A stretch of 57,513 nucleotides of DNA, filler included, from Sphacelaria rigidula (lineage: Eukaryota): the NCBI GenBank assembly GCA_964200075.2. It is 6 parts of 6 records of this genome, joined end to end, with 100 filler letters (N's around TTAATTAATTAA, not from the genome) between each part and the next. Parts side by side here need not be neighbours in the genome. Positions count along the whole stretch, not along the records: positions 28,810 to 38,311 come from CAXNAA020008342.1; positions 38,412 to 47,912 come from CAXNAA020008343.1; positions 48,013 to 57,513 come from CAXNAA020008344.1; 3 more parts are not named here. One strand, written 5' to 3'. How positions within the stretch are numbered: the first letter of the stretch is position 1; each line of letters opens with the position of its first letter. The notes under the pieces are model-generated. The model saw nothing but the letters and a program-made list of their open reading frames with translations, searched no databases and was not told where the DNA came from. Positions 35,513 to 48,535 of this stretch are shown in pieces. The translations under genes and the position numbers were made by a program.

Positions 35513-36041
35513 GTAAACGTACAGTTGGTAGTACAGTCTAGTAGTACCACATCGTGCTGTACTCTCTTTTCTATATGCTGTACTGGCTGTACTGGCTGTA
35601 CTGGCTGTTGTATTGGAACAGGACAGAATAGGAGACCTGACGTGCTGCTTTATTTACAGCACATCCACAGCTATACAGCTGCACTGCTGTTCATCTCTGT
35701 GGCATTGCTTTAGTTCAGACTGTTTTATAGTGCACTTGGCATAAATCCCTGGCGGTCCACTCCGATCCAACTACATGCAAGCTGTCCCGCCATGTGCAAC
35801 CAGTAAAGAGGACGTGAAGGGCGGGATCATCCCGCTATGTTCAGTTTGCCCGCACCAAAATATACCGCCCAGCTGACTCCCTTCTCGCAGACCTTGCGGC
35901 GGATTGTCTGACCAGTCTTGCGCGCAAAGAAAAAAAAAAGTGTTTCGGAACAGAATCTGACCCTTTTGTCGCCCCCGGCTGCGGCGCTGCACCACGCAAG
36001 CGGAGATGAAACGATATGGGCTTGTTGGCTGTGCTTCACAG

Positions 36042-36178
36042 GTCATGTGGTCAAAGTTTCAGCGCGTGAAAGCACCCACAGCGCACGTATGGGCGTTCCT
36101 CCGCACCTCAGGTCCTCTGTAGGCAGTGTGGGACTGGGTTTCGCAGAGATTGTCATTTTCCAGCGGGCGTCCCAGTAG
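36042..36178 (+). CDS. Candidate second exon of the PYM-like gene
   Basis: CTTCACAG acceptor, phase-compatible, giving GHVVKVSARESTHSARMGVPPHLR. It may end at an internal GT near 36111 or at the stop at 36178. Confidence 0.35.
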
Positions 36179-38084
36179 AGGTCGATGTTTGTTTCCCCTT
36201 GCTCCAGCCGTCGAAGGACTCATGATGTGGATGTCAGTACACCGGTGCACCAAAGTGTGTCACAAGGGTCGGTATACGAAGTTTCCGCCCCGGGTGGGCC
36301 GTGTGGAGGGCATATGGTCTGTATTACGAAAACATCTTCCACCACCGCCCTAATATTCGCGCCGCGACGAAACGTACCCCCGCTTGGTGTACATGCAGAG
36401 TGCATCATACCCAACTCGTGTGCGAAGTTTCACGTGGGGTCTTACACCCTGGGGTGAGAACTTCACAACCAAGTTTTCAGTAAAAAACGGCAAAATAACA
36501 GCAGTCGGCCAGTGAAGATACGGCGGGAACGATTGCACCGCATATTCCGCGTAGGGGAACAGAAAGCATGCAGCCGTCGTAACTTCACTCTGACTGTCCC
36601 GCCTCAGTGATGTCCATCCATGTGCAGGGGCCCGCAAGCGCTCTCTCGGGCTGCGTGCGGAACATGAAGTCGCGGCACCTCATCTTCCCCATGAGACCGT
36701 GGACAATAATGCACGCAACCTACAGTTCACCCCGCAGCAGCAATGCATATGTTTGACTGTGAAAAACTATGTCGTGGAGTCAGGGTGTGGGGGCGGGCGG
36801 GCGGCAGGTTCTCTGTTTTGAAGACAGACTACTTGGTGGCTCTGTTCTTTTGTGTGTGCTTTTCACCCTCTGCCATGCTGTCGTGCGCTTCCACCTGACC
36901 GCCCATGTCCCTCTCCGGGTTTTGAAAAGCCCCGGTGGCAAAGTATGGAGGAAACGATATTACAGTCTCTTACAAAGCTCGAAGGGGCATCTCGACCTTG
37001 ATCACGTTTCATCAACAAAGAAATGCCTTGCTAGCCATGGGATGGTAAAGTTGCAACAGCGCGAAAATATTTTCCTATATGGCGCGGGGAGGAGGTGGGG
37101 GTGTGCTGCAGCATTTTCCGCTGGCCGTTGCAACACGGCTGTGCGAGCGTCATCCAGGAAATGATTATATTACCAGTCAAGCGACAGTAGGGGTGCACAT
37201 TTCAGTTCAAAATATTTCTGAGGCTGAACACCAAGGCTCGCCCACAACATGTTTGGGATGGAGAGTCCTACGGCAAAGAGGCTCAGGACATTGAAACAAA
37301 CATCCCTGCGGTGGCATAGCTCTCAGGATTTGCTAGCGTGCGACCATTTCGGTCCATCACTTAAGAGGGTTTCTCCCGCTGTAACCAAAAATAGGAGCGT
37401 AGGTGTTTTCCTTTAAAACGACTTCCTCTAGACTGCATCGAACAGTGAAGACATCCCCGCCTGGGCCAACCACCGCTCGCCACCGACGGAGATATCCCAG
37501 ACACGGGGAAAAGTTTCTGAACAATTTAAACTGTGGACTCCCGGACGGTACTTTACAGTATTAGACCGAGGCCCACCGTGTGGAAGATCGCTGCAGAAAA
37601 CAGTTTTGAAATAGACTGCGGGCGCCGGCCCGGCGGGCACACACAACATCCACGCGGGGCAGACATTTCAGGGGCGTTGTGACCGATAAGCGGGACGATG
37701 CAGACATTTTTTTTGCAACACTACCGTTCCGCGATCGCGACGCCTTCAGCGGCATGCAGTGCCTCCCCTATTGTTGGCCTGCGGATCAGCGTCCGGTTAC
37801 GGGTAGGCAACACGAAATTCCGACCCTCATCGCACACTGGTCACCCTGAGTTTGGTAGACACACCCCGTCTTTCAATTTCACAGTTGTACAGTCTGCGAT
37901 GCTGTCAGCTCCATATTTACGGCATGCATAACCCCCGGCAACTTCACCAACCCTGCCCTGCAACCTAGTAGCCCTCTACTCTCGCTTCATCGCCGGCGTG
38001 ACGCTCCGCTATTCCCCACCTCCCGCGTTACGAGTGACTGCCAACACCTGATCACGAACGGGATACGCGGTGAACACGGTTAAA

Positions 38085-38280
38085 CTTGGACATCAATGGT
38101 GGCCACGGACGGTGAAACAGGACTGGAATAAGGTATGTAGAGGGTTTTTGTGAAATCTATGTAATGAACTTTATGAACACCCCACTGTTGGGAGGTGTCT
38201 CCATTACGAGTAAGAGCGGCACTCCGTGTCGAAAGGGATGCGTGGTCAACGGTGAAACGACAAAGGCAATCAACAATTGA
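38085..38280 (-). repeat. Interspersed repeat, same family as 49715-49910
   Basis: Reverse complement TTGACCACGCATCCCTTTCGACACGGAG...GTGGCCACCATT matches TTGACCACGTATCCCTTTCGGGACGGAG...GTGGCCATCATC. Confidence 0.7.
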
Positions 38281-38311
38281 GTCTCCCCCCCCTCCCCCCC
38301 CAAAGCGCACC

Positions 38312-38411
38312 NNNNNNNNNNNNNNNNNNNNNNNNNNNNNNNNNNNNNNNNNNNNTTAATTAATTAANNNNNNNNNNNNNNNNNNNNNNNNNNNNNNNNN
38401 NNNNNNNNNNN
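38312..38411. other. Artificial contig spacer
   Basis: N44-TTAATTAATTAA-N44. Confidence 0.99.
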
Positions 38412-39385
38412 AAAAAGAAGAAGTTACTTGACCGCTGGTACAAGGGGTATTCACGCAACGTTTGCGCCATTCCCCGTGTCTGGGCTGCGTGTACCTGGGT
38501 TGCAACGCTGAAAACAAAACCTAGGGATTGCTTCATGCGATTCGAATCAATTGTACTAAAACCAAGTAATTTCCAGACGAATCCTTATGTGTCCGACCCT
38601 TGAACGTTTTGCAGCGTCCAGTGTTTGAGAAATTGCGTTCAGCACGGCGTCAAAAAATGGGTCATTGATCTCTTGGAAGTAAACGATCTTGTTTGTCCAG
38701 AGAATCGACGTCATGTGTACAGCACGCAGACTATCTATCCTCCGTCTGGTGTCTCTTTCAGTCTCCTCGGGAAAAACAAGCACTCAAGCGGAGAGAGTGC
38801 CGAGGAAGTGTGACGTGGTGCCGCAGTGCTGACCTAACCCACGATACCGAGAAATCAAATGTGTACCGAGGGACAAACGGGTTTATTCCATGAGACGACG
38901 GATTCGCCGGTAGAAAGGGAAGGGCTAATAAAATGACAGAAGAAATAGAAAAGAAAAAAAACACAAGTTGTTGCGTATACTCTCCTTTTCACGTATCCAG
39001 ATCTTCGCCATGTACAAAGCAGCAGGAGCATTACACGTTTTGCTGTTGTTAGTTGTATCTACCCTGGGCTGCGGATAGCACCGCAGCATCATGCTTGCGA
39101 CAACATGTCGTGGATCAAAGTACTCAAGAACAGCACACAGGAAGCGTCGACAGGCAGGCAAAAGTACGGCATCACCATCCTATGAAACATGTTGTAACGA
39201 CAGCACTACATCAGTACAGAGACAGTACCGTAAATAAAAAATCTACTTCTAAATAAAAGGAGGTGATAGTGCGCATAGCACAGTGCAGTCAGTACATTCA
39301 AGTATAGTACACGCATGACCTCAGCCTATCGTAATGGGGCATATATACTGTATTTTCGATAATTATTATTCAACTGCATACTGGG

Positions 39386-39455
39386 ACCACGGCTGGACCC
39401 CTGGGGGGTCAGTTGAAGTGCGACAATCAATCAATCCATCCATCAATCCATCAAC
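39386..39455 (+). mobile_element. Truncated retroposon 3' end with (CAAT)n tail
   Basis: GACCAC.GCTGGACCCCT.GGG..TCAGTT.A.GTGCGACAATCAATCAA, repeated at 41391-41460. Confidence 0.6.
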
Positions 39456-40494
39456 TGGGAAATTTACCCTGTACTGAACCTCCCGTAACGAGCGCGTGTC
39501 TTCCACCCTTCTCCCATCTATTCCGCCATGTCTGTGACTGTGACGGTGGTGAGGGATGAGAGGGATACGACGCCACGTGGCGTCGTGCGTGTTGATCTCC
39601 GAAACTCCAGCTCTGCATGCACCTCTTCTATTTCACGCACCTCTAGTACTGCATTCGCAACTGCCATCCCATTTTTTCCTATTCCTTTCTACTTGCTTGA
39701 CTCTTCCCGTTTTTGGTGTCCCGTCCTCGGATTGCCTTTTCCGAGTGTCGTCGTAATTTCACCTCGGGTACGCCCATCTTGTGGCCGCGAGTGCATCTCA
39801 GCAAATAAGTCAATGCGAAAATATAGAGTTTCGGAAAACGTTTTTTTTTCTCATTTCAGAGCGCAAATATCCCACGACCAGAGTGCAGAATAAGAACAAA
39901 AAAGCATCGGAATTACGTTGAGGGGATGCCACATTCGACGGAGGGGAAACTAAATTTTCGTTGCACTCTGATTCTGAGATACTTGCACTCTGCAATGACA
40001 AAAAAAAACGCTTCCCGAAACTCTCGAATGACATGATTTATATCGATTAATCAACCAATGGAAGCAACGACGAAGTACTGGAGCGGCCGTCTCGAAGCTG
40101 TTCCATCATATTCATGGGATAACCGAAGCTCCGAAGAGTGTACCTAGAATCGAAGTCTCCCAAGGGTATGGCGGCGCGAGCACTGCGCCAAGTTGATAAG
40201 GGGTTCTACCATCCGTAAACGTGCTGATACATGGCGAGGACATCGGAAGACGCACGTCCTACCCCTGCCGGAAGGGGCCGCTCATCCGACTACTCATCGC
40301 CACCACCGAAAGCATTGTTGCCGTAGCTCTGAGAGCAGACAGCGGCGTGCGTGTAAGCATAAAGGTCGACTTTGTGGAGGTCGACGTGCGCGAGGTCCGC
40401 TGAACCTCACGCAGGAACAGATAAGTGTGAACCAGCGTGGGCAGAAGAGTGCGTGGAAACGGAGAATTGTAGCACACAAACGCTGGATCAGACA

Positions 40495-40683
40495 CCAGAG
40501 GAAGCATCTCCCACACAGCCTTGAGCAAAGCTTGCGAACGCTCGAGGCGCCTTCCCCATATGACTGCCGCGAGGCAGTCTAGCCGAGCCTTCGGGTAGTG
40601 GCCACACGACCTCGCCGGCGAGATTCGCTCGCGAGGTAAGGGTTGGGTTGGGTTTTCCTCCTTCCGCCGAGGAAAAAAAGAAG
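40495..40683 (+). mobile_element. 3' end of a non-LTR retroposon (may extend upstream to ~40080)
   Basis: Homologous to 4540-4716 (inverted), with an A-rich tail. Confidence 0.6.
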
Positions 40684-41390
40684 TTGTTCGATGGAGATTG
40701 AAATTTCACATAATGGAGGAAGACCATGGCACTGGAACAACGAGGTTTACGTAGACTCAGTACCTGCTGAGTGCTTCCTGCTGACGCTTCCTCTTGATGT
40801 CATATTCTGCCCGCTTGCCCGGCTCGATGAGGATGTCCTGAGGGATTGAGGAGGAACAAAACACGTCACGATGCAGCAACGGGTGCAAAGAAAACAACAA
40901 GCCATCGCTGAGGCTTACGCGAGCATCGCGCCATTAGTATCGAACTACGGTACACGAACGCTTTCGTCGTTCAGTGCCCAGGTGGCCGACTTCACACCAT
41001 GACTTGTCTCACTTGCATTCTCCTCCGGTGTAAATTAATTGCTCGACCTTCCTGAATAACTTTACGCCTCCACTACCTATACCTTACATTGCACAGGACT
41101 GACCCGCCAATAAGAGTAACGCCGGCTTTTCTCAAAGACGTGATAAACACATATTACTCCAAATGGCCGGGAACCCGTGGCTGACGTCAGCAGTCGACCA
41201 AGTAAATATCGACCAATCGATTGCCCTGAGCTTTTACTCTTGGTCATACAGAAAACTAAGTACCGAAAGTAAAACACTTCACCTGAACGTCTCCGGCTAG
41301 GTATTAAACAGCGCCCAAGAAGTCGGGCTCATATATCGGCCCTGCGTTTTCCGTCTTATTGATCTTAGTTGTGTCTATCTTGTGGATAAT

Positions 41391-41460
41391 GACCACCGCT
41401 GGACCCCTCGGGCATCAGTTCATGTGCGACAATCAATCAAATGAAAATCAATCAATCTGT
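41391..41460 (+). mobile_element. Retroposon 3' end with (CAAT)n tail
   Basis: Second copy of 39386-39455. Confidence 0.6.
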
Positions 41461-41477
41461 CAATATTCATTCCCATT

Positions 41478-41744
41478 GACACTTTCTACGATAGCCCCCC
41501 CGCCCCCCCCAAAAAAAACGGCCCAAAGGTGTCACCAAAAAAATGGTCATACAGCGCTCTCATGTTTGGGTTCAAGCTGTGCATGAAGCGCCTCATATGG
41601 GCGACATTGGCGAGAACGAACCCAAGCGTGGGAATTCCTAGCTGCTCGTTGTGCTCGGCTTTTTCCGTTTGGATTCACGTCAACATTTTACCTCCCCAAA
41701 CCAGGCACTTTGGGGGGGGGAGGGGCTATCGTAGAAAGTGTCCC
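41478..41744. mobile_element. MITE with perfect 21-bp TIR core
   Basis: GACACTTTCTACGATAGCCCC ... GGGGCTATCGTAGAAAGTGTC; right end CCC followed by TTAA. Confidence 0.8.
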
Positions 41745-44296
41745 TTAAGTCAAGTAGTAGTATAGTGACATACTAAATTCAAGTAATTAGCACAGACCTG
41801 CCGCCCGGCGCCCAACCCCCCCAAACCCTCTTTTTCTCGAGTTTTTTCAACGTTTGGGGGTTCTGTTCCTCGAAAAATAAAAATAGATGTACCCCTGGTA
41901 CCCCTGGTCTTATTCTTTATTTTTACCGATTCATTGCGTTATTAGAGCCGGGAATGAAAAATACGGCCAATAACACCCCCTTTCAATTCATCCCGTAGGT
42001 CGTTCAATATATTGAGCGAAGATACTATTTTTGTTTCGGAATGTGGAGCGGATTCCTACTACAGTATCTCCCGATCCCCAAACTTCGGGGCCAAACGTTC
42101 ACTGGGATGAGCGGTGGCACGCGAAAAAGATATTTTAAATTGCCGAATCAAGGGTCTGCCAAAAATATATTTAGGGACACGAAGGCCCCAAGATCGAAAA
42201 TTCGAGTTTTTTAGGGGGGGGGTAAGGGGGGGGCACACCCAGCCTGCTGTCCCCTTGTTTATTGCCGAGGCGTTGGCGGATGCGGTCAGCTGCCGTGTAC
42301 AGAGATGCTCGTCATGGCGACCGCTGAGTTGACGGACATACGGCCCCTCCAAGCTTATCATCTACCATGATTACATTTGTGGGATCGTGTCCTGTGCCTC
42401 GAATACCCACCACTGGCAGTCCGGGATATCTTGGCGAGGCGTGAGATAATGTTGCTACTTTTGCTACAGGCTGTCGCTACCGTGCACTAGTGTATTGTAC
42501 ATGAATGTGTGTCAGCGTTGCCAGCATCCGAGGTCATTGGGACAGGGCGGGCAAGGAACAGAAGCAAATATACGAACCTCGCAAAGCCCGCCAGAATTTT
42601 CGGTTTTTCTTAGTGTTTGTTGATCCATTTCTTTCAACAATTTCAACAACGACAACAAAAAACACGAAAAAATCATAAGAAAAAAAATGTCAAAAATCAT
42701 GACAACTTTCGAAAAATTGTCTCCGGGAAGGGCGGGGGGGGGACTCCGTGCCCGAAAAAATTATTTCGATAGACCCTTGGCCGAATACGGAAAAGCAAAA
42801 AAATACAAAATCCTCCTTTCAGCTGAAAACCACCATACATATAACGTTAGACCAAAACAGAGGCAAACTGCAGCAGCACACCGACGATGTATTCTACTAG
42901 CTTCACCTCGTATCTCCCCTACATGACATCCGATTCGTCGCGGTGTCGTGAAGCTCCGCGATCCCGCTCTTGTCGTCCGGTCGGCGCAAGTTAGCAGGGA
43001 ACATGCGCCTTCGACGTTTCCTCCCAGACGTACCTCCTTGTCGGACGCAGGCTTGCGTCTCACCTATTACATGTTTCTGCCTCACTCAGATGGGGATGCC
43101 TGCCGCTGTTTCATGAGAGCATACAGTACATACAGCGGGGTCTGCCGGACTCGGCACTACCCCACCATCCCCCATCATGTGTCGCGCCGGCGCCCCTTGC
43201 CTCGAGAACCAGTTGAAAATGCGGTCGTTCCTTAGAAAAACGTGAAATTTTCATGCATGTATGTAGCAGCCAGTAAGCAGGCCGGAGCAGGCTGAAACAA
43301 CGTAAATACAGCCACAAGTATTACGGAGAAGCTGCAGCAGCAGGTTCCTCCGACTGTAATCTGTACGCAGACACGAGAGTTCAGCAGTTAAAAGTACCTC
43401 CTCACGCCTGCAGTAGCAGTAGCGTCGGTGTCGGGGGCGGCAGAACCCCTGGACTACTGTGTTGATAGCGTGCTGTGCTGTCCTGTGTTGTCTGGCGCTG
43501 GTTGTATACCGGCTACTGTATGGTCGTCAGAATTCTCATTTGAGTTTTTTCAGGGCGGCGCCGATAGAAGCCACAGCGCGTGCGGCTGAACGCCGGTCGA
43601 GCACTTGGAACTATACAATATAACCTCTCAAAAACCCGAATGTGTCTGTCCATGCCAAAGTCAAGCAGCTTCACACTTCATGGATTCCTACCGCCGGGCG
43701 TAAACTCTGCCGAAGTACTGCAGGGGTCATACGACACATGATTCCAGACAAAAGTATTATAGCGGCATCTGGCGGCGTGATAAGATATAAGATATATATA
43801 CGAAAACCTGTAACGGTTGAACATCGCGGGTCATGGAAATATGGTCCGCAGTATGTTGTACTCGTATTATAGTAATAGCGAACAATTGTACTGCAACAGC
43901 TTTCCCGGGGACCCCATCTGAACGGTTACAACCACCCCGAGAATATCAACAGCACCCGGGGGCGATTTTCGTTGTACTTTGCAGTACTCGTACAATCAGT
44001 GCAGAGGAGGTTTATCACCCTCTATCGTTCAGTGTAGCACTCTATTGTCGTTCAAGGATCACCCTGAACCGTAGACATCTGGCCAGCATACACAGCTCTC
44101 CTACAGCCAGCCCCATTCCGTTGCACAACGGCATCGTACGGAAGTCGGGACGTGGTGGGAAGCCGAACACAGGGCGAATATCGTTGTTGCGCTTCGAAAG
44201 ATCCGCGGTCCTTGGAAATTGGACTCTCAGCTATCAAAGGATTGCGTACGCAGCAAAACCAAGAACAGGAGCCACGACTAGAACAGCCGACTGACC

Positions 44297-44542
44297 ATGT
44301 TGTTACCATTGGAAGCGACAACCGCTCTGGCAGTCTTCGTAGTTGGATCATTGCTCTGTGTGGAGGGACATCCATTGTGTTGGTATGGGCCTGATCGCGC
44401 AGTCATGACTTCGGCAGAAGGCAACTTTTGCCCCAATGATCAGCCGGAAGGATTCTGCTGTCTACCTGAGGAGGAGGAGGCAATACAAACTACCTACGAG
44501 ATGGCGGTGGTTAGCCCCACCTGCCAAGCTCTGTACAAACAG
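44297..44542 (+). CDS. HHIP/HIPL1-like secreted protein (folate-receptor-like Cys domain plus glucose/sorbosone dehydrogenase propeller), exon 1
   Basis: Signal-peptide-like start, then HPLC...FCP...GFCC..EEE....C..LYKQ. Donor GTGAG at 44543, phase 0. Confidence 0.8.
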
Positions 44543-45521
44543 GTGAGGAGTGAGCAGGGCTTTGGTTCAATCTGTATGTTTGGATTGGAGGCTATTGGGG
44601 GCATGTACAAGAGACAGAGTACAGTAACTGCCAGTATCTGGTGCTGGCACCAATCTGTAACGACGCTTTTTTCATGCAGCGGTATCCTTGACGTTTGCGT
44701 TTAGTTTGTGATTCGTGGATTTTCAACCCGCGAGGTTGTGCACACGGCGGTAAGAGGGCGGAATAGACCGCGCCCCAATGTGCAGATGGTTTATGGCATG
44801 GGCGTCTGATGTCCGCGTGATCGCTTGTCTAGGCCGTCAGATGTGCAATAATGGATAATGGGACAGAAATGACTCCAACTTCATGAAGTCGCATCTTATT
44901 CTACTTGCGGGTCAACTGGCAGTATCGTTGAGAGACTTGACGTTGTCCCGCCCGGCACCGGTTGTGTTGCGAAAACGGCTTGCGCTCACTGTTTGGCATT
45001 AACCGTCTTCTCTCTTCACGCGCTTCTTGTCGGTATGTTCGCTAACGCATGCCGAAACATACGTACATGAAGCCGGCGTCACTTAATAGTCAGTTCATGA
45101 TATGCCGAAAACACCTGAAATTGATGGTCGGCACTCTTGCGGCAGGACTCATCAAAAAACGAACTTCCATTGGTGTACGTCGGCTATCATTCTATCAGGC
45201 CTCCGAGCGCAGCTCTCTCCATTCCGATTCAGCGAAACCATGAAAGTATCTGTTGCATGGTCATATTATACGCCCGGTGCACCGGCGGTGCATCGGGCAA
45301 ACACAGGCAGTAAACCAATTGGACCCCCGACCGTAGTTGCAGCAAACCGCCCAATTCTACTCGGGCGTAAAGGCCGAGGTACGAGCCAAAACCTCGCAGG
45401 TCGATGAACCTGAATGAACCGCTGTGAGTATGGCTTGGAGCAGACCCGCATCTTCGCCCACGCCAGCATTTCTTGAACGATGTGTATCTTCCGATGCATG
45501 CGTTCGTTGGGAAAAAAAAAG

Positions 45522-45723
45522 GTGTTATGCGGGGTGTGCCACCCCTACAGCTCACACCTGTACGAACGGCTGGGCACGCTGGACGGCATGACGATGACCA
45601 ACGAATTCTGCAACGAGTTTTATTCCGCGTGCTCCGCCGATCTTGATCTCGGCCCGGACTACTGCGACATTCACACCGGCGGTGACGACGACCAGTACTG
45701 GTCGTACCCTCTCGACATCGACG
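45522..45723 (+). CDS. HHIP/HIPL1-like protein, exon 2
   Basis: VLCGVCHPYSSHLYE...FCNEFYSAC matches the HHIP/HIPL C..C.PY..HL and C..F...C pattern. AG/GT sites and phases fit. Confidence 0.85.
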
Positions 45724-46956
45724 GTGGGTTTCTTTCCAGCATGATATTTCGGTGCGGTTGAGTGCTTTCGGGCGGAACTCACGGTCACTTCCATGGCGTA
45801 TTAGTACGATTACGTGTTCGTCTCATGTGCGTCAGTTGGAACCTGCACGATCCGTGTGGTATTACGCTCTCGTCGCCGGTGTGCAGCACGGGGAAACTTT
45901 CGTTGGTGCGATGTATTTTTCATTCCGTATCTAGCACATCATACCGCTCGTGTAGCGTGAAGCGGACATGCATGGCTAAAACATATAATACTTCCTCTGT
46001 CCCATAGGTGTGGAGAGTTGTGTATGTGCGACCCCTTAACCGTGTCCGATTCGATTTTCGATCTTTTTAATGCATTCGTCAGCGTCGTTTTGGCTGAAAC
46101 CAACATTTTTTCTACAACGTGGGTACTTGACCCATGCAGCCGCGCGGCCGAGAAAAAGTAGGTCGGTCCAAAAACTGACATTTCCCGCTCGTTTTCCCAG
46201 GGAATAGTGTAATAGACCCGGGAGCACGAGAAATCGCGGAAAATGGGGGCAGAAAATGTGAAAATCGCGAAACCACCTTTGACTCTGGGCATGTCCGTAA
46301 TGTTAACCTACGCACGCCCCATCCAACATTTGGTCAGCATGTTGTTACTAGTGCTCGACGTGAAAACGTCCAAAATCGGTCAATGATGGAGTAAAAATGG
46401 ATCAAAATGCGCATATTTTGACGTCATTTTAGCATTGATGATGAACTTTTTTTTCATCAGCTTCGTATTCACTTTATCGTCCCAACGAACTCAACTATGG
46501 GATAATCGGCAACGTCGGCATGCCCATTCGATTCAACGCCCATAACTTCCGAGACCCATGGGGCAGAGGAAGTATGTGGGTGGGTTGTGAGTGGTTTTCG
46601 GCAAGTATATGTTCCGAGCCGGAATACATGAAGCTGCTTGTGGTAGACCCTGGTAGGCTGATGGTTCTAGTCACGTGCCGATAGATGCTTCCGCTGCTAC
46701 CGCTGCTGTTTCACGCGGAGGGGGTCATGCGAATATACACGCACGGATTGACTTGTTTCTATTGCTGTTCCTGCTGCGACTATTGGTGGTGGTGACAGTA
46801 TCGCTGTTTCTTTGAGTGTCGTCGAAATGTCGTTACTCGAAGTAATCAGCTCAAATCTCCCCGCGCCCTGCGTCTATTACCTCCGGAACATCGGCTAATC
46901 GTATTCTTGTGCTTGCTTCACCATCTGTTTCTATATAAAAATGGAACATGGAATAG

Positions 46957-47096
46957 CCGGAGCCGGTGACAAAGGCGTATCAGCGGCCTTTCCCGACCTG
47001 CCGGAGACTTCCCTTCCGCAGGAGCCGATGGCGATGCACATGACGCCTGACGGAAGCAAGTGGTGGATAGGCGGTCTTGCTGGCGTCATAAAAGAG
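46957..47096 (+). CDS. HHIP/HIPL1-like protein, exon 3 (start of beta-propeller); gene continues beyond contig
   Basis: Phase-1 acceptor. Translates AAFPDL...PMAMHMTPDGSKWWIGGLAGVIKE, resembling GSDH blade 1 (AFP.L..P..M...PDG). Donor at 47097. Confidence 0.8.
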
Positions 47097-47668
47097 GTGA
47101 CGAGCACACACGACCCGATACGCTACCAGCCGACAGGCCAGTCGAGGCAAACCCAGTGGCCCAGCACGTGAACAGATGCGTGGGATCATCCCCCAACAGA
47201 CCACCGAAGTCAAAAGGAACGCCGATCTAACGATACACGTGGATGAGTCCGGTTATCGCCGACCAGAGATCATCTCCGAACATATATATATATATATGTA
47301 TTTTAGAAGGATATTGGAATGATCGACCTTGTTTGATACAAGGGGGTGGGTGTACACACCTTGTCAAAAGACGGAAGGGGGGTATGTACGAGTTTGACGA
47401 GATCACATTTCTGCGGCGTTTTTTTCGTCACGTTACGGGTTACGGCGAGCTTTGTCCGTGCCCCCGACGCGAATTTCTTTGTGATGAACCCACCCGCGAT
47501 GTAAAGGGGGGTGGATGAAAACCGCCAGCGCGAATTTAAACGACTTGACAAGAAATTCTAATTTCGTTCAACGTTTTCGACGACGTTCCCACCGCCTGAC
47601 TATGGTGTTGTCATAATAGTTGTCGTCGTTGTCATTTGTGTTGCAAGGACGTGTCTTGGCGCACTATT

Positions 47669-47785
47669 GTGCGGTGGAAAAGGAAAACTCAGATCTGATA
47701 GGTCGAAATTTGTACCGCTGTAGTCTATTCTGAACATGGTTGATATCACGACCTGTCAGATGGGACTTTTTGTTTTCCACCGCAC
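47669..47785. repeat. Short inverted-repeat element
   Basis: GTGCGGTGGAAAA...ATCTGATAGGTCG and CGACCTGTCAGAT...TTTTCCACCGCAC. Confidence 0.7.
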
Positions 47786-47912
47786 GTTTTCGATCGAAAA
47801 GTGATGTGCCAAGTGCGTATCTTAGGGCCTGTCTTAGCGCACTAGTTTTCGATCGAAATTGTGCGGTTATTATTATTATTATTTCCGCACATTAGTCCGA
47901 TCTCGCGAACCC

Positions 47913-48012
47913 NNNNNNNNNNNNNNNNNNNNNNNNNNNNNNNNNNNNNNNNNNNNTTAATTAATTAANNNNNNNNNNNNNNNNNNNNNNNNNNNNNNNN
48001 NNNNNNNNNNNN
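47913..48012. other. Artificial contig spacer
   Basis: N44-TTAATTAATTAA-N44. Confidence 0.99.
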
Positions 48013-48535
48013 CAGCATCTCTCATCGTATTTTCCTAGTGGTATTTTTTCCTCGTAATTTTTGCAAAAAACGAGGGGAAATAACCAACCGGAAGATACGG
48101 CCTAGTACGTGTTTTTTATAGTCACCATTCTTGTTTTTTTCACGTTTTTTTCATTTTTTCCGTGTTTTTCGGGAAGTTTCATGCGAAAATGGACAATGCT
48201 CTCGGATCTCATCCCAGTTCTTCAGCTCAACTTGTAGAATTGTGATTTGAAACTTAACATGAGGAATCGCGAAGGCATACCGAAAAAAAGTGTGACTTCG
48301 CTTTTTTTTCATGAGGGGTATGGCCGTTGTCGTGAAATATGGTCTTGACTTACTAAAATGTCCTAAACGAGTGAAGAAGAAAAAAAAATAATCTCACGTC
48401 ATTGGTTTATTATGGCCTAGCGAGGTCACACACAAAGTCTCAAAATCAAAACACAAGTACCACACCTGGGCCGGTAAAGGCCTGGAAGGTACTGTTCCGA
48501 AATTTGCCCGGGTCCCATTCTAGATCATCCCGTCC

